DNA of 61,681 nucleotides, filler included, from Sphacelaria rigidula (lineage: Eukaryota), in assembly GCA_964200075.2 (NCBI GenBank). It is 6 parts of 6 records of this genome, joined end to end, with 100 filler letters (N's around TTAATTAATTAA, not from the genome) between each part and the next. Parts side by side here need not be neighbours in the genome. Positions count along the whole stretch, not along the records: positions 10,298 to 20,494 come from CAXNAA020006948.1; positions 20,595 to 30,791 come from CAXNAA020006949.1; 4 more parts are not named here. One strand, written 5' to 3'. Below are positions 11,851 to 22,890 of this stretch, one piece after another (within the stretch, counting starts at the first letter, position 1; each line of letters begins with the position of its first letter). Both the position numbers and the translations under genes were made by a program. The notes beneath the pieces are model-generated. The model was not told the DNA's origin, did not search any database, and worked only from the letters and a program-made list of their open reading frames with translations.

Positions 11851-13173
11851 AGATGTTCTTGTTCATACAGGATACGTGCATAAAAATACTGGTGCCTAAA
11901 CCAGTCATCGTTGACAGTTTTGTAGATGTTCGTACTTGCCATGTTAACGGTGCCGGTCACGGTGTTTTCTCGCCTCGTGATGTGGAGTTAGATGAGCCTT
12001 CGATATTCACCGAAGCTGGTTCCTGAATCGTGTAGTATTGATTTTCAAGCAAAACGGGGTCAAGTTAGCGGTAGTTGTCGTGAGCGTTGAACCTTCAAAG
12101 TGATGGCAGTTTTCAATTGTCACCTGTTTGGCAATTTTTGTATCGTCACCTGCTGTTCGTTCCGACGTGTCGAGCCTGGCACCGTGTTCGCCCTCGTGCC
12201 TTTATCGTGATGGTCGGGGAGTGACTTGTGCCGTGTTTGTTCGTTCCATCACCTCTGTGCGTCAACGAAAGAGGTTAAAAGTGCAAATTTTGCCCATATT
12301 GCTGAAGGAATCGACGGACAGCGGGGACTCTTCACCTCACCCAGGACGCTTTGTGTTTGAGGCATTAGTGATAGCTTCTTACTAGGGTGTGACGAGACTT
12401 GTGATACTCTGTGTGTGCATAAAGTGGAGGGGTATTACTGGAATATACCAGACCTGGGTGGTGGGGTGGGGTGAACTGGCACAAGAGGGGCGGGAGGCCC
12501 TGTCTCCATGACGGACGACAGTCACCCGAGCAGGGATCGAAGGTGGCGACCTTCAAGACGAAAAGTCCAGTGGTTGTAACTAGGCTGTCAGAAATGAAGC
12601 GGTAACCATCATGACACCATCGCGAACACCCCATGTACTACGAGATGGGCCAGCCAACAATTCCTCTGGGCGGTGGAGCAGTTTTTGCTCTCTTGACCCC
12701 TTTGATATCGGGCCTTCAGAACGACCAATGAGGCTGGTGAGGAATGAGTGCCTGGCGTCTGCATGAAACAGTGGCATGTTGCTGAAAATTCGCGTATGTA
12801 ACTGCAGGGTTATGAAGAAGATCGCAAGCCGCCGGTTGCCACTTGTGGCTACGGATGATATTATTGTCCTCATCACCTTGACACACAGCCCTTTGTGGTC
12901 GGGGTGGGCCGCCATTGCTCTCTTCGTTGCATGCGGCAAATTCTCTTCGAGGGGTATGGGCGTTGCGGCGCACATACATGGAGTACAACACAGTGCATGG
13001 CCAACCCCGCCGTGGTAGTGGGGGGTTTGTCCCAAAAGGGTTAATGACGGCGTGATTTTCACATGAAAAGTTAGTGCATACACAAGATTGCGAACCTTGG
13101 CAGTCGAAGCGTTAAGATTCCGAAGAGTTAGTCGTTGGATGTGTAATCCTAAAGGAGGCGAAAACCGACATAC

Positions 13174-13576
13174 TGTGAACTAGGGTCGCTAGGCGTGGGC
13201 AGTAGAGTTACGGGTTCGGAAGAAGAACGTCGTCGTACCCTGCTGACGTAGGATCTCCAAAGCGAGGCGTAATTCTCTCTCATCGTTCAGACAAGGATTT
13301 TGGCCGTGATCAATGGTGAAGAAGAAAAACAATGGACCGAGCCAGTACGGCCGTACCGTGAACGGTCAACCAGGGTTCATACGGTGACGCTATTATTCCG
13401 AGCTCTTCCTACCGGAGACCCCGTTGCCTACGTTCCCAAAGATCCAGTTTCACAGGTTTGAACGTTTCGAGTCCGCTCATGTATGTTACTGGCGGACCCC
13501 GTTCCTGAGCCTGTCTTTCAGGCTTACAAGTGTGTTGTGGTGTTCATTACACTCATACATGTGCATGGTCTCCACA
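13174..13576. mobile_element. Probable solo LTR (403 bp)
   Basis: TGTG...CACA ends flanked by ATAC/ATAC (13170-13173, 13577-13580). It interrupts a repeat whose uninterrupted homologue is at 5955-6105. Confidence 0.7.
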
Positions 13577-16500
13577 ATACGATTTTTTGTAATCGCGATG
13601 GGCAAATATCTTACACTCACTCTCAACGTGATAATCGGAAGAAAATTTTCAGAATGCGTACCAATTTTATGTGTTACGTGCAATGTTTTCTTTTTTCTTT
13701 TGGAAACCTCATCAGCAGATCTGATTGGTTTGTTTGTTCCTCGCCCCGATCAACTCGGGGGTACGCTATTTCTCGTTTGTTCCTTCACGTCTTTTTTTTT
13801 TTTCATTTGATGTCATTTTTTTTTGTTTTTGAGTCTCGGAAGGGAGTAAGGAATAGCAGGGTTGGCATTGTTGGCATTGTAAAGGCAAGCCTACGGTTGT
13901 GACCATGGGTCTGAGAGATGGGGCTAAAGTGCAGGAAAAAAATAATCATGATCATAATCGAAGTTATAATAATAATCAGGTCGCGTCTTATAGACTGACG
14001 AAAATCCTCTCTGAGAGCTTACCTTTTGAACCTTTCATCACGGATTCTTGGCGGAATACGATTCTTGGCGGAATACGGGCCTTGGCGGATTGGGCCTCCT
14101 GGGAAAGATTTGCTATATTTTCCGCGAGGATTCCAGCGCGCTTGTCCGATCTTTCTTACGCCCAGTTTCACTTTTGGCCGTATCCTGGATGTTTCAGTCG
14201 TCCCAACAAACTTCGTGTTGTCGGGGAAAAGTACGTATTTTTCCCGACAACAGGACGATTTTGGGGACGACTAAAAAAATTCAGGATCCGATCGAAAGTG
14301 AAAGGGCGGGGCGTACAAACAAGCGGGAAAGTGCACTAGAGGAATGTTGGGATCGTTGATATCCTCATTCCCATTATATTAATGTCAATGTTGAAGAAAC
14401 CGTATCGTTCCCTACTCTTAGTCGTATAACTAATAATGACTTTTAAATGAGTGATGCCGCGATAGACCCCTCAGAAAAGTGGCTGGTTTGGGGAGGCAAA
14501 AGCTACATGTGAATCAAAATGACATAAAAATTGAGCACAGCGAGATGCTGGGATATTCAGTGCTTGGGATCGTTTTCGCCAATGTCGCCAAAATGAGGCG
14601 CTTCTGTTACGGACAAACGGTATAGTAGCCTTTCTGGCTTGTCCGTGCACTAGTTCCTTTTTACTACTGTCTTGATTGTTATGGTTACCATGATCGCTGC
14701 TCAAGCACTGTGATGACGAATCTTCACAAGACGGGGTATGAAGTGAAATTTCCTACTTCAACCAAACATGCTGCATATTCACCCACGTGCAATACAGTAT
14801 GCAGTGATTTGTACGTACTCGCTCACCATTTATCGCAGGGCAAAACAGTTTTCCAGCACAAGGGATGATCAGTTTAACGAGGAACAGCTCATCCTGAATG
14901 TCAGGGTGTCTTGTTCACAGCTTCAGGCGATGGTATTTCTCTCTTGCACTGGTGGTTTTGAAACTCGTGTCTCAGGTCACTTCGTTCCCTTCCATAGGAG
15001 TAAAAACCAGGGGGCCGGCTTTCACCGATTCTGAAAGAACCGAGTTCAAGTCGGATGTAAAGAGGCATGTTTGTGTAACCGTCTTCATACGGGCTAAAAC
15101 ATGTTCCCCCCTGACTGCGGTACATTGCCAGTTCCCGCAGTCAGCCCTCCGGGACTTTTCCATCAGAACAGATGGGCCCATCATTGTACTGCCCTTCCTC
15201 CATGTATGCCGCGATCCATAACACTCAGCCCCCATTTCTGTCACGCCAGCAAGGGTTGAGTCACCGGCACGAGGTATCTTTTTTCACTCAGCACACCAAG
15301 AATATCTACACGAGTATTTGATCTCTCACCCATCCATCCCCCCAACTGGAATGTGGCAGACCGTCTGTCGTCCTTGATTTGCAGACGTCGGGTAAAATCA
15401 ACGACTGCAATTATACCCCCTAGCTTCCGATTATCAGATCTTGCCGCAAGGGCGCAGCCGTCCTTGCTCGCGTGTGTGTGAGAGAGCACAGTAGCGGTGA
15501 TGGGAACATCACCCTGCTTTTCGACGACGTATTCTACTGCGCACAGAGGCACTTTCTATCCAAGCAAAGAGGCAGAGATAAATCGATATTCGCATTGGTG
15601 AGCGCCACAGGCAGGAGACGACAACCGGGGCATCCCACGATGTTGTTTCCGCGACTTTGCTACAATAACCCGCCTGCCCACACGTGATAACCTGGGTATG
15701 TGCTGGTACTGCAACAGGATGCCAACCTCTGCAGCGATTGGGAATCGCCGAACGAGGATGCACAAAGGACACTTGCGAGGAGCTTCCTCTCCGCCGTTGC
15801 TCCTCTGGTGATATGGTCATCGACACGCATGTGCACGGCATTCATTCTGTGCACCTCACCACACCGGCGTAACTACAACAGAAACTCTGCTTGCGAAGAT
15901 GCATTTCCGTGGTGATATCGTTTGGCGTGAGGTCTCGAATTTTCGAAGGCGAGTTGAATCCCATCCTAGTGTTCAACCCCAAAATTCAGAATCGGCCGTT
16001 AACTCTCCGATTGCATACGAGGACGGATGGCTCATGACCAGGATTGGTCGATGTTCGGTTCAGTATCTTGCACGCCACATTCCACCCCGGTCTTGGCGCT
16101 CAAAACTTGAAACTCGGAATATGACATTCCTGGCAAGTGGCGACCATGATGGAATATGTTTGTGCTGTGTGTTCTTGACTTATGGCCGTGTTAATGCGAT
16201 AACGGCTATTTTATTTTCATCGCAATAACCTAAAGTGACTAACACGACAAGAGGTGGTGGGAGTGTCTGCGAGAGACTCCTGCGACACGCATTCTTGCAT
16301 TGCAAGTCAACCCTGTGACATTCCACATACCATGCTGAAGTTAAAGGCAAAACATGTGTTGCAATTTGTCCACAACTACGCTCCCCATGACACATTTGGA
16401 AAGTACAGTATTTCCTTCATGATAACTTCCCGATGACCCAAGTAATGCGTGGATTATTGTGTCTTGTCAAATTCCCGTGTGGAATGTCAAAGTACGTAAA

Positions 16501-16824
16501 AATCTGGAGCAAATATCAAACACCATCATGAGGTAGAGTGACCGTACGTCATCGTCAAAATGTACACTCCACGCCCCAAGGGCTTCTGTGCTCTTGGTCT
16601 TTTTATCCTCCATGCCATCCCTGAAAGTCCAATAGTTGACATCATGTATTGAGGTCGCGACCATAAGCAGCATGCATTTTTCACCACGAACCCCTGGGCT
16701 CACGCGTGGAATGAACAGCAATGAACAGATGGCAAGGATCTTCACACGCAGCTTGCGTATGTACTCCCCTGGCATGATTCCAAAAATATAACGCTGAAAT
16801 CGAGGGAAACGTCTAAAAAACATT

Positions 16825-17760
16825 GCCTTTGAAATCCTCGTAGGTCATCGGAAAAAAATACTCATGACCAAAGCCTCATTGTTGCTGTGCTTGGTCGTGC
16901 TCCAGGCCAAGTTGTGAAGTTCAACCATCGACATTGGCGCGATGATAGGTGAGCAAGAATGTGACTGGGACGAATTTGGGCGCAGTATATTGCGGGCCAT
17001 TTACGAGCCCGATTTTAGCCATCGCGATTTGAATTTCAGAGGGAGCATTCGTTGCCGCATGATGAAAAGGGTGGGACACGTTCGTCTCTCTTTTATGTTG
17101 ACGAGTGAGGGACATTTTTCAACAGGAAGTATCACCTTTACTTCACGAGAATGAGGTGAATGACCTACCCCGTCAAGGCCCTCATTGGCTCCGTAGTTTC
17201 GACATGCTCCTGCAATTCTCAATACTCGATCTGAACTACGCTTACGATAATAATTGAACTCATTTACTGAGCTCGGGTCCGAGATCGATGTGCGTTCTTC
17301 ACCACCAACCCCAGGGCATGTGCACGAAAACAACAAAGCAATGAACGGGTCCCAAGAACGTCATCAAGTGTGTCGCACATGTGCTGACGGCTGGCGACTC
17401 TCCTTTATGATTCCCAAAAATAACCTACGAAATCCGAGCCAAATATAAAATATATATATTCATCTTTGAAATCCTCGCATACTATTCACAAAAGCGCCTT
17501 CGCGTCCTCAAACATTTTTTATTGTTGAGTGTTGTGTGCTGTGCGTCCACATGCCAATTTGGAAGCTCAACCGTCGACGTTGGCGCGAAAATATGTGAAT
17601 GAGAGTCGGTGCCGGGCTATTTTCGGCACAGCATATGGCGGGCCAGTCAGGCCGGTGTTGGCATTCACCATAAACAACCGACCGCGCGCGCACACCGGAA
17701 GACCGGAAGAAATATATTCCACTTCCTTGACGACATCAGGACCTTCTCCTGCGGCCAAAA
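16825..17760. repeat. Diverged tandem duplication, period ~640 bp
   Basis: TTTGAAATCCTCG at 16829 and 17465; TCAACC[A/G]TCGAC[A/G]TTGGCGCGA at 16921 and 17567. The minus-strand peptides of both units end in TYxRANVDG*. Confidence 0.65.
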
Positions 17761-18037
17761 CCATTTGTCTCGATGACAACGAGCGTACGTCAACACAAAA
17801 TAAAAAGAGCTGGTTTGTCTTGTTCGCCGTTGGCCCCTTCAAATTTTGATGCTCGACAAGAAGTCAAACTCAAGTGCGTGCTGAGACGGAGAGGTCAAGG
17901 CCTAAAACAGTGCGCATTCCAGCACTAACCCCCCCCCCGCACACCAGCCGCGGTCGCTGGACAACACATATTCAAATGTTGGAGTCGGAACGAGACGACG
18001 CTTCACCGGAAAGTAAATGTTTTATCGTACCGAGTAT

Positions 18038-18441
18038 CAGACAATTATATAAAATGGGGTTGTATGCTTGAATGAGATTCAAGCCCAAACGAATGCTTTC
18101 CCCACACTTACAGTGACGGTGCTAAATGACTTTTTTGTCGGTATAATGCCTCTCGATCGCGTAGATACTTCTTCTTAGCATTTTCCCGCCTCTGTGAAGT
18201 TACAGCGCTGAGCGAAACCCTCGTTTTCCCTGACGACACTCCGCAAAATCAGGGATGATGAGGGTTTTGCTCAGAGCTGTAAACTCAGAGTCGGTGCAAT
18301 ATGCTGAAAAACTATCTACGCGATCGAGGGGCATTAGAACGACAAAAAAATCATTGGACACCATCACTGAAGGTGTAGGGAAGGCACTCGTTGGACTTGG
18401 ACCTCGTTTTAGCATACAACCTCATGTTACAGAACTGTCTG
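18038..18441. repeat. Imperfect fold-back, arms ~195 bp, loop ~15 nt
   Basis: 18038-18233 is the diverged reverse complement of 18249-18441 (e.g. CTCGATCGCGTAGATA / TATCTACGCGATCGAG). Confidence 0.8.
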
Positions 18442-18894
18442 TTGAGTCCCATCAACGATCAAAGATGCCTTTGTGTTGGCCAATGACAACTATTTCCGAC
18501 CACGCGGCATTCCATAACCGCACACCACCATTATTCCGCTAACCCATATAGCAAGAACATCGCGGGCGTCGCATTTTCAATGAGAGGCCGGCCATCAGGG
18601 ACTGCACCTGGTGTGCACGGTTCCCCCCCCCCCACATACACACGCACAAAAACCAATAGCCCCCTCCCGCGCAGTGATGAGAGTTTTTTTTTTTTTATGC
18701 GCTGCCATCATGGGATCTCTGCAGCTCTGGGCGACGAAAGGGGGAGGCGAGATAGCGGGGATCTGACGCACTGCTCGTGGTTGTATGAAATGGTTGGGCG
18801 AGTCCCACGCAGGTGATCTCCGCATCATATTTCTCTCGGAGATGTTGGTTGAATATCACTGCTGCTGACGGACCACCCAGATCTACCAAGAAGT

Positions 18895-20393
18895 CTACAT
18901 GTCGCCGTTTCCGATCCAACCGGGACGCGTTCCGGCGTTCACTCCCGTGGAAGCCACGCGCCAAGTCACATCGCGCGCGGCGGACACTGCCTGCTCCTTC
19001 GTGGGATTCCGATGGGACCCCATGCCGGCCCGGAGGTGGGTAAACCGATGCTCGAGGATATCCTGCAGATAACGGCACAGAGAGAACAAATCTTGTCGTA
19101 AGTGACCCAGCTCAGCAGGCGTAGACTGCAGCACTTAGCAAAACAGCCGACGTCACCACGCGCCGTACGAGATAATGATTTCAACTCCCCACCTGACTGA
19201 AAACACGGGGGTGCAGGAATCGCCTCCTTCCCCCCTCGTCCACCCACTCCTCGTGAGAGAAAATATAACGGCACATGGCGATGAAGCCTAGGATCGCGAG
19301 GCGAAGGTCAAACCACGACTGCTCAGTGATGAAGGCGAAACTAGCAGAGTCCGGGCACACCGCCTCCAGTCCCTCCTGCCAGCTGTGGAAAAAATCCAAG
19401 ATCTCCAGCAGTCTTCCTATATGCGCGGAGGTGGCCGAGGAGATGTACCCTGCATCTTTCGCGACCCCCTTCTTGATCTCCACCTTCCTCCGCCCATACA
19501 AGCCTGGTATCCATTGTGGACATTAAAAAACAAGAACAAAAAAAGGAAGAAAAAATAGCCAGCGAACTCCGCCGTCTCACGCACATACCTTGTTCCCCCG
19601 TTCGACAGATGTAACTGCATCCGACCTCACGGCAACGCTTAACTAAATTATGGCACGAAGTGGATAGCGATGGGCTCGGAGCGACAAACCCCTAAGCCCT
19701 GCAGTCGAGTGGTGACACTCACCGTTAAAGATGTCTGTGAAGTCGTTCGTGTATTTCGCCAACAAGGCATAGCACCATTGAGGACCGTTGACATCAGTCT
19801 GACGACGCTGCGCTGACTCCAGCATCGTCACAGCGGTACCGGACAGACACTGCGAGGTGAAGACAGGGAATATGTACGGGTCTTCGTTGATGGAAAGTGA
19901 CGATGGCAGATGGCACGAAACACACTCGGAGGGGCGCAAGCAGTGACAATGGATGAAGAGGCGGCACCCAAACACGCACCTTGTCGGAGAGGCCGACGTT
20001 TATGCAGGTACGATTGCTTCTCGAAACCTGCTCGGAGGTGCGACTCCTGAACCTTGTCCACTCCCCTACTTGGTCCTCCGGGCGATCACCCCCCAATCTC
20101 AGCTCTTCGTGGTTGTACGCGTCACCGAGTGTCTTCAGGGAGAACTCGCCGTACGACACTTCGCCTGTGACAGGATGGGGCCAATACATCCCCAAGTGGC
20201 GCTGTTTGCCTTCCACGTCACTATGCGACACGGCATTCACCATCTTCTTCACGACGTGCTGTGAATCCGAAAGGTTGAAAACTTCATGATTGTGGTACGG
20301 GTGACGAAACGCCACGGGGAAATCGGCGAATATGTTTTCAAGGTCGCTGTCTGCTCGTGCCCATTTCCCAAAGGTTTCCGTACCGAACCGTGA
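18895..20393 (-). CDS. P-element/THAP9-like transposase, four spliced 3' exons (20393-19980, 19849-19723, 19503-19193, 19062-18895); 5' part lies beyond the contig end
   Basis: Three GT-AG introns with matching phases (0,1,0) give an open 339-codon frame. Motifs: LSDSQHVVKKMVNA (DxxH..K..N), INVGLSDKCLS, DFTDIFN, and RVFSQDILEHRFTHLRAGMGSHRNPT (the QDxLExxF...NPT catalytic-Glu block). Confidence 0.8.
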
Positions 20394-20494
20394 CTGAAAT
20401 GACCGGCTTCGGTGCCGCGGCCATGGACGCAGGAAATAACACAAGTGGGGTGGAGTCGAGGCGGGTGAACAGTAGTGCCGGCAGACGGGGGGGG

Positions 20495-20594
20495 NNNNNN
20501 NNNNNNNNNNNNNNNNNNNNNNNNNNNNNNNNNNNNNNTTAATTAATTAANNNNNNNNNNNNNNNNNNNNNNNNNNNNNNNNNNNNNNNNNNNN
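20495..20594. other. Artificial contig spacer
   Basis: 100-bp N run with TTAATTAATTAA. Confidence 0.98.
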
Positions 20595-20739
20595 TCGAGG
20601 GGGGAGGGTGTCAGCACTTTCCGTCGCTGGTTCAGACCCCGCTTGCGATCGACAGGACGGATATACGAACTGCAGCTGATGCGGGTTCTCAATTGATAAA
20701 AAACGGCTCGGATTTTACAAGCGCGTTGCACTACAGTAG

Positions 20740-21390
20740 TATCCTTCGACAGCCCCACCGCGAAACCAGTTCTCAACACAGCCACAGCGGAAGTGGCCAT
20801 ACAAGGCGTGATAGCTGGTTCAGACTGGATGACACGTCTCGCATGGGCGCTACTGGTGAAACAACCCCAAGCGTGGGACTCACCCTTGCCCCTGTTGTGT
20901 GTGTGAGCAGCTTTATTGTGGGGCATCCGTTTTATCCAACAGACGACTGTACTGTTGTGATGCTGTACTCTGGTGTGCTGGTATATCTCAGCAGACTGCT
21001 GAATGATGCTGCGTTTCAAAGATCGCTGGCGTCTGTCGTCGTATTGGATCGTTTCGCTGACGGCTGTCGTCGCCGGCGCAACAGTATGAAGTCTCTCTCA
21101 GATACTCAACAAGAGGCGCTCGAAACCTCGATGACTAGTAGAAGCATGTTTTCAAGATGCTTTGTTACGTGTTCCGTAGCGCGTAGACGCAGGTCCTGCT
21201 AAAAAAATACCGCACAATGACGGTGGTTTTTCTGCTGGACTGCTCATCATCATGCTTGCGCTGCCGTACTGAAACTTCTGGGTTAGGGTTTCAGGGTCGA
21301 AACCGCTTGCGGATCCCGAGTCTATTGGACAAAACAAATGAAATTTCGATGGCGACTTCAACCTCACCCGAATATTGAATCTCAAAAACG
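20740..21390 (+). repeat. Dispersed repeat, probable transposon relic; inverted homologue at 39555-40175
   Basis: Conceptual peptides align: RLKSPSKFHLFCPIDSGSASGF vs RLKSPSKFHLFRSIGSGYASGF, and FRLDDTSRMGATGETT vs FRLDEAPLMGATGEKK. Confidence 0.75.
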
Positions 21391-21550
21391 AATCCAGGCT
21401 GTTTTCCCTTCTGGGTGGCGTGTTATCTTCGTAGATGACGGTCAAGGCTCTTCACGATGCCGTCGGAGCCAACACAGCAGCGGCAGATCGGTGCAATGAG
21501 AAATTTGTTGCAGTGGAGGTGGCGGCGGGCAGCCTGTTGACTCAGCTGTC

Positions 21551-21551
21551 G

Positions 21552-21583
<32 letters not shown>

Positions 21584-22890
21584 GATGTTGATGTTGTCTT
21601 CACATCAAAAACGTCCCGACATCTGCGTAGTACTCGGTACTGGGTATCTGATGCGGAGGCCTTCCGAGGTCACAGGCTAACTACCCAAAGTAGGGTGTAA
21701 GAAAATGAAGAAATATAACCGGATCCGGAAAAGTTCACATAGACATGATGCGAAAAAAAATAGTAAAGCAAAAAACAAAGAAGCAAACCCTAACCTCATA
21801 AGTTCCGATGCTGCAGACGATCATAAGGGCTACTGGAGGCAGGGCCCAACAGTCCACTCAACACGCGACGCCAAACAGGGATGGAACCAAACTCAGGGAC
21901 CAAGGTCATCAACCATAGCGATGAAGACCGTAGGGATCCACGTGGTACCTCTTGAGGGACAGCCATGTGTAAGAATATACTAGGCATGACAGGAAAAGCA
22001 CCACATAACAACACACCATCTCGGGGGAGGGATACATGGAAGACAGCAATGAGTAGAAAAAAGGAAGGATGCAAGGGAAGATGGTGGGGAGTCCTACCAC
22101 TTCCGCCGTGCCCAGTTCGGTACAAGCTGGCTATACGTCCTTCCATCTCCTCCCTGCTCTCCACAAAGATCCCGTTTAATCGCATGTATTCGGCTGACCT
22201 TCCCCTCGTTCTTGTGCCAAGAGGTCATAAACCTCTCAGCCCCCTGCAGCATCTCCGTATGCCACAGTAGTCCCCTTTCCCTCTTCGCTGCTGAGGGCCA
22301 GAAGACACTTTCATCTCCAAACATCCGCCGGTTGTCGTCAGTAGAGCCTTTCATGGCTCCGAGTGCTTGAAGATCGTCCCTCCTACACCTCAGCCAGTTT
22401 TGCTCCGGGCACCCTTGTCCTGGATCCTTCCCTGCACAACTGCTCCTAACGCCAGCCGCTTCGGTAGTCGTCCGTCCGGTTGTCTAGCCAAGGTTCGAAC
22501 GAACAGAAGTCGTCGTTGCCGGACGATAGCTTCAGCACTTTGGCGTTCGGTCTTCTCGAGGGTCTGGGCTTACGGTGACTCTCGGCATGTGCCACGCACG
22601 TGGCGGTACCCGATAAGTCGCAGGAGGAGCCGGTAGTGTACCGTCCTCACTAACAGGTGGTGCCCGCGGCGCGGGGCCCAAGTCGTGCATCCGTACAGTA
22701 GGGCCTCCATCGTTTCCGCTTCCGCAGTCTGACCTGGAGTCTCCACGGTGATTTCGTTGGGTCAAAGAGCTCCCGGGAAACCTTTCTGATGCACGCCCAC
22801 GCTGCTCTGCTCCGGTTACGGTTATTGATCTCTTGTGCAAGCTCGTCATCTTCTTTAATGAGGCCACCCAAGTGTCGAAGCTTCGTGGTT
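21551..22890 (-). mobile_element. 5'-truncated, frameshifted RTE-like LINE (RT C-terminus, 3' UTR, (CAA)n tail)
   Basis: HLGGLIKEDDELAQEINNR...AAWACIRKVSRELFD...LQVRLRK, then LLYGCTTW-like and RLARQPDGRLPKRLAFG segments. The (TTG)n run at 21551-21597 is the 3' tail. Confidence 0.8.
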
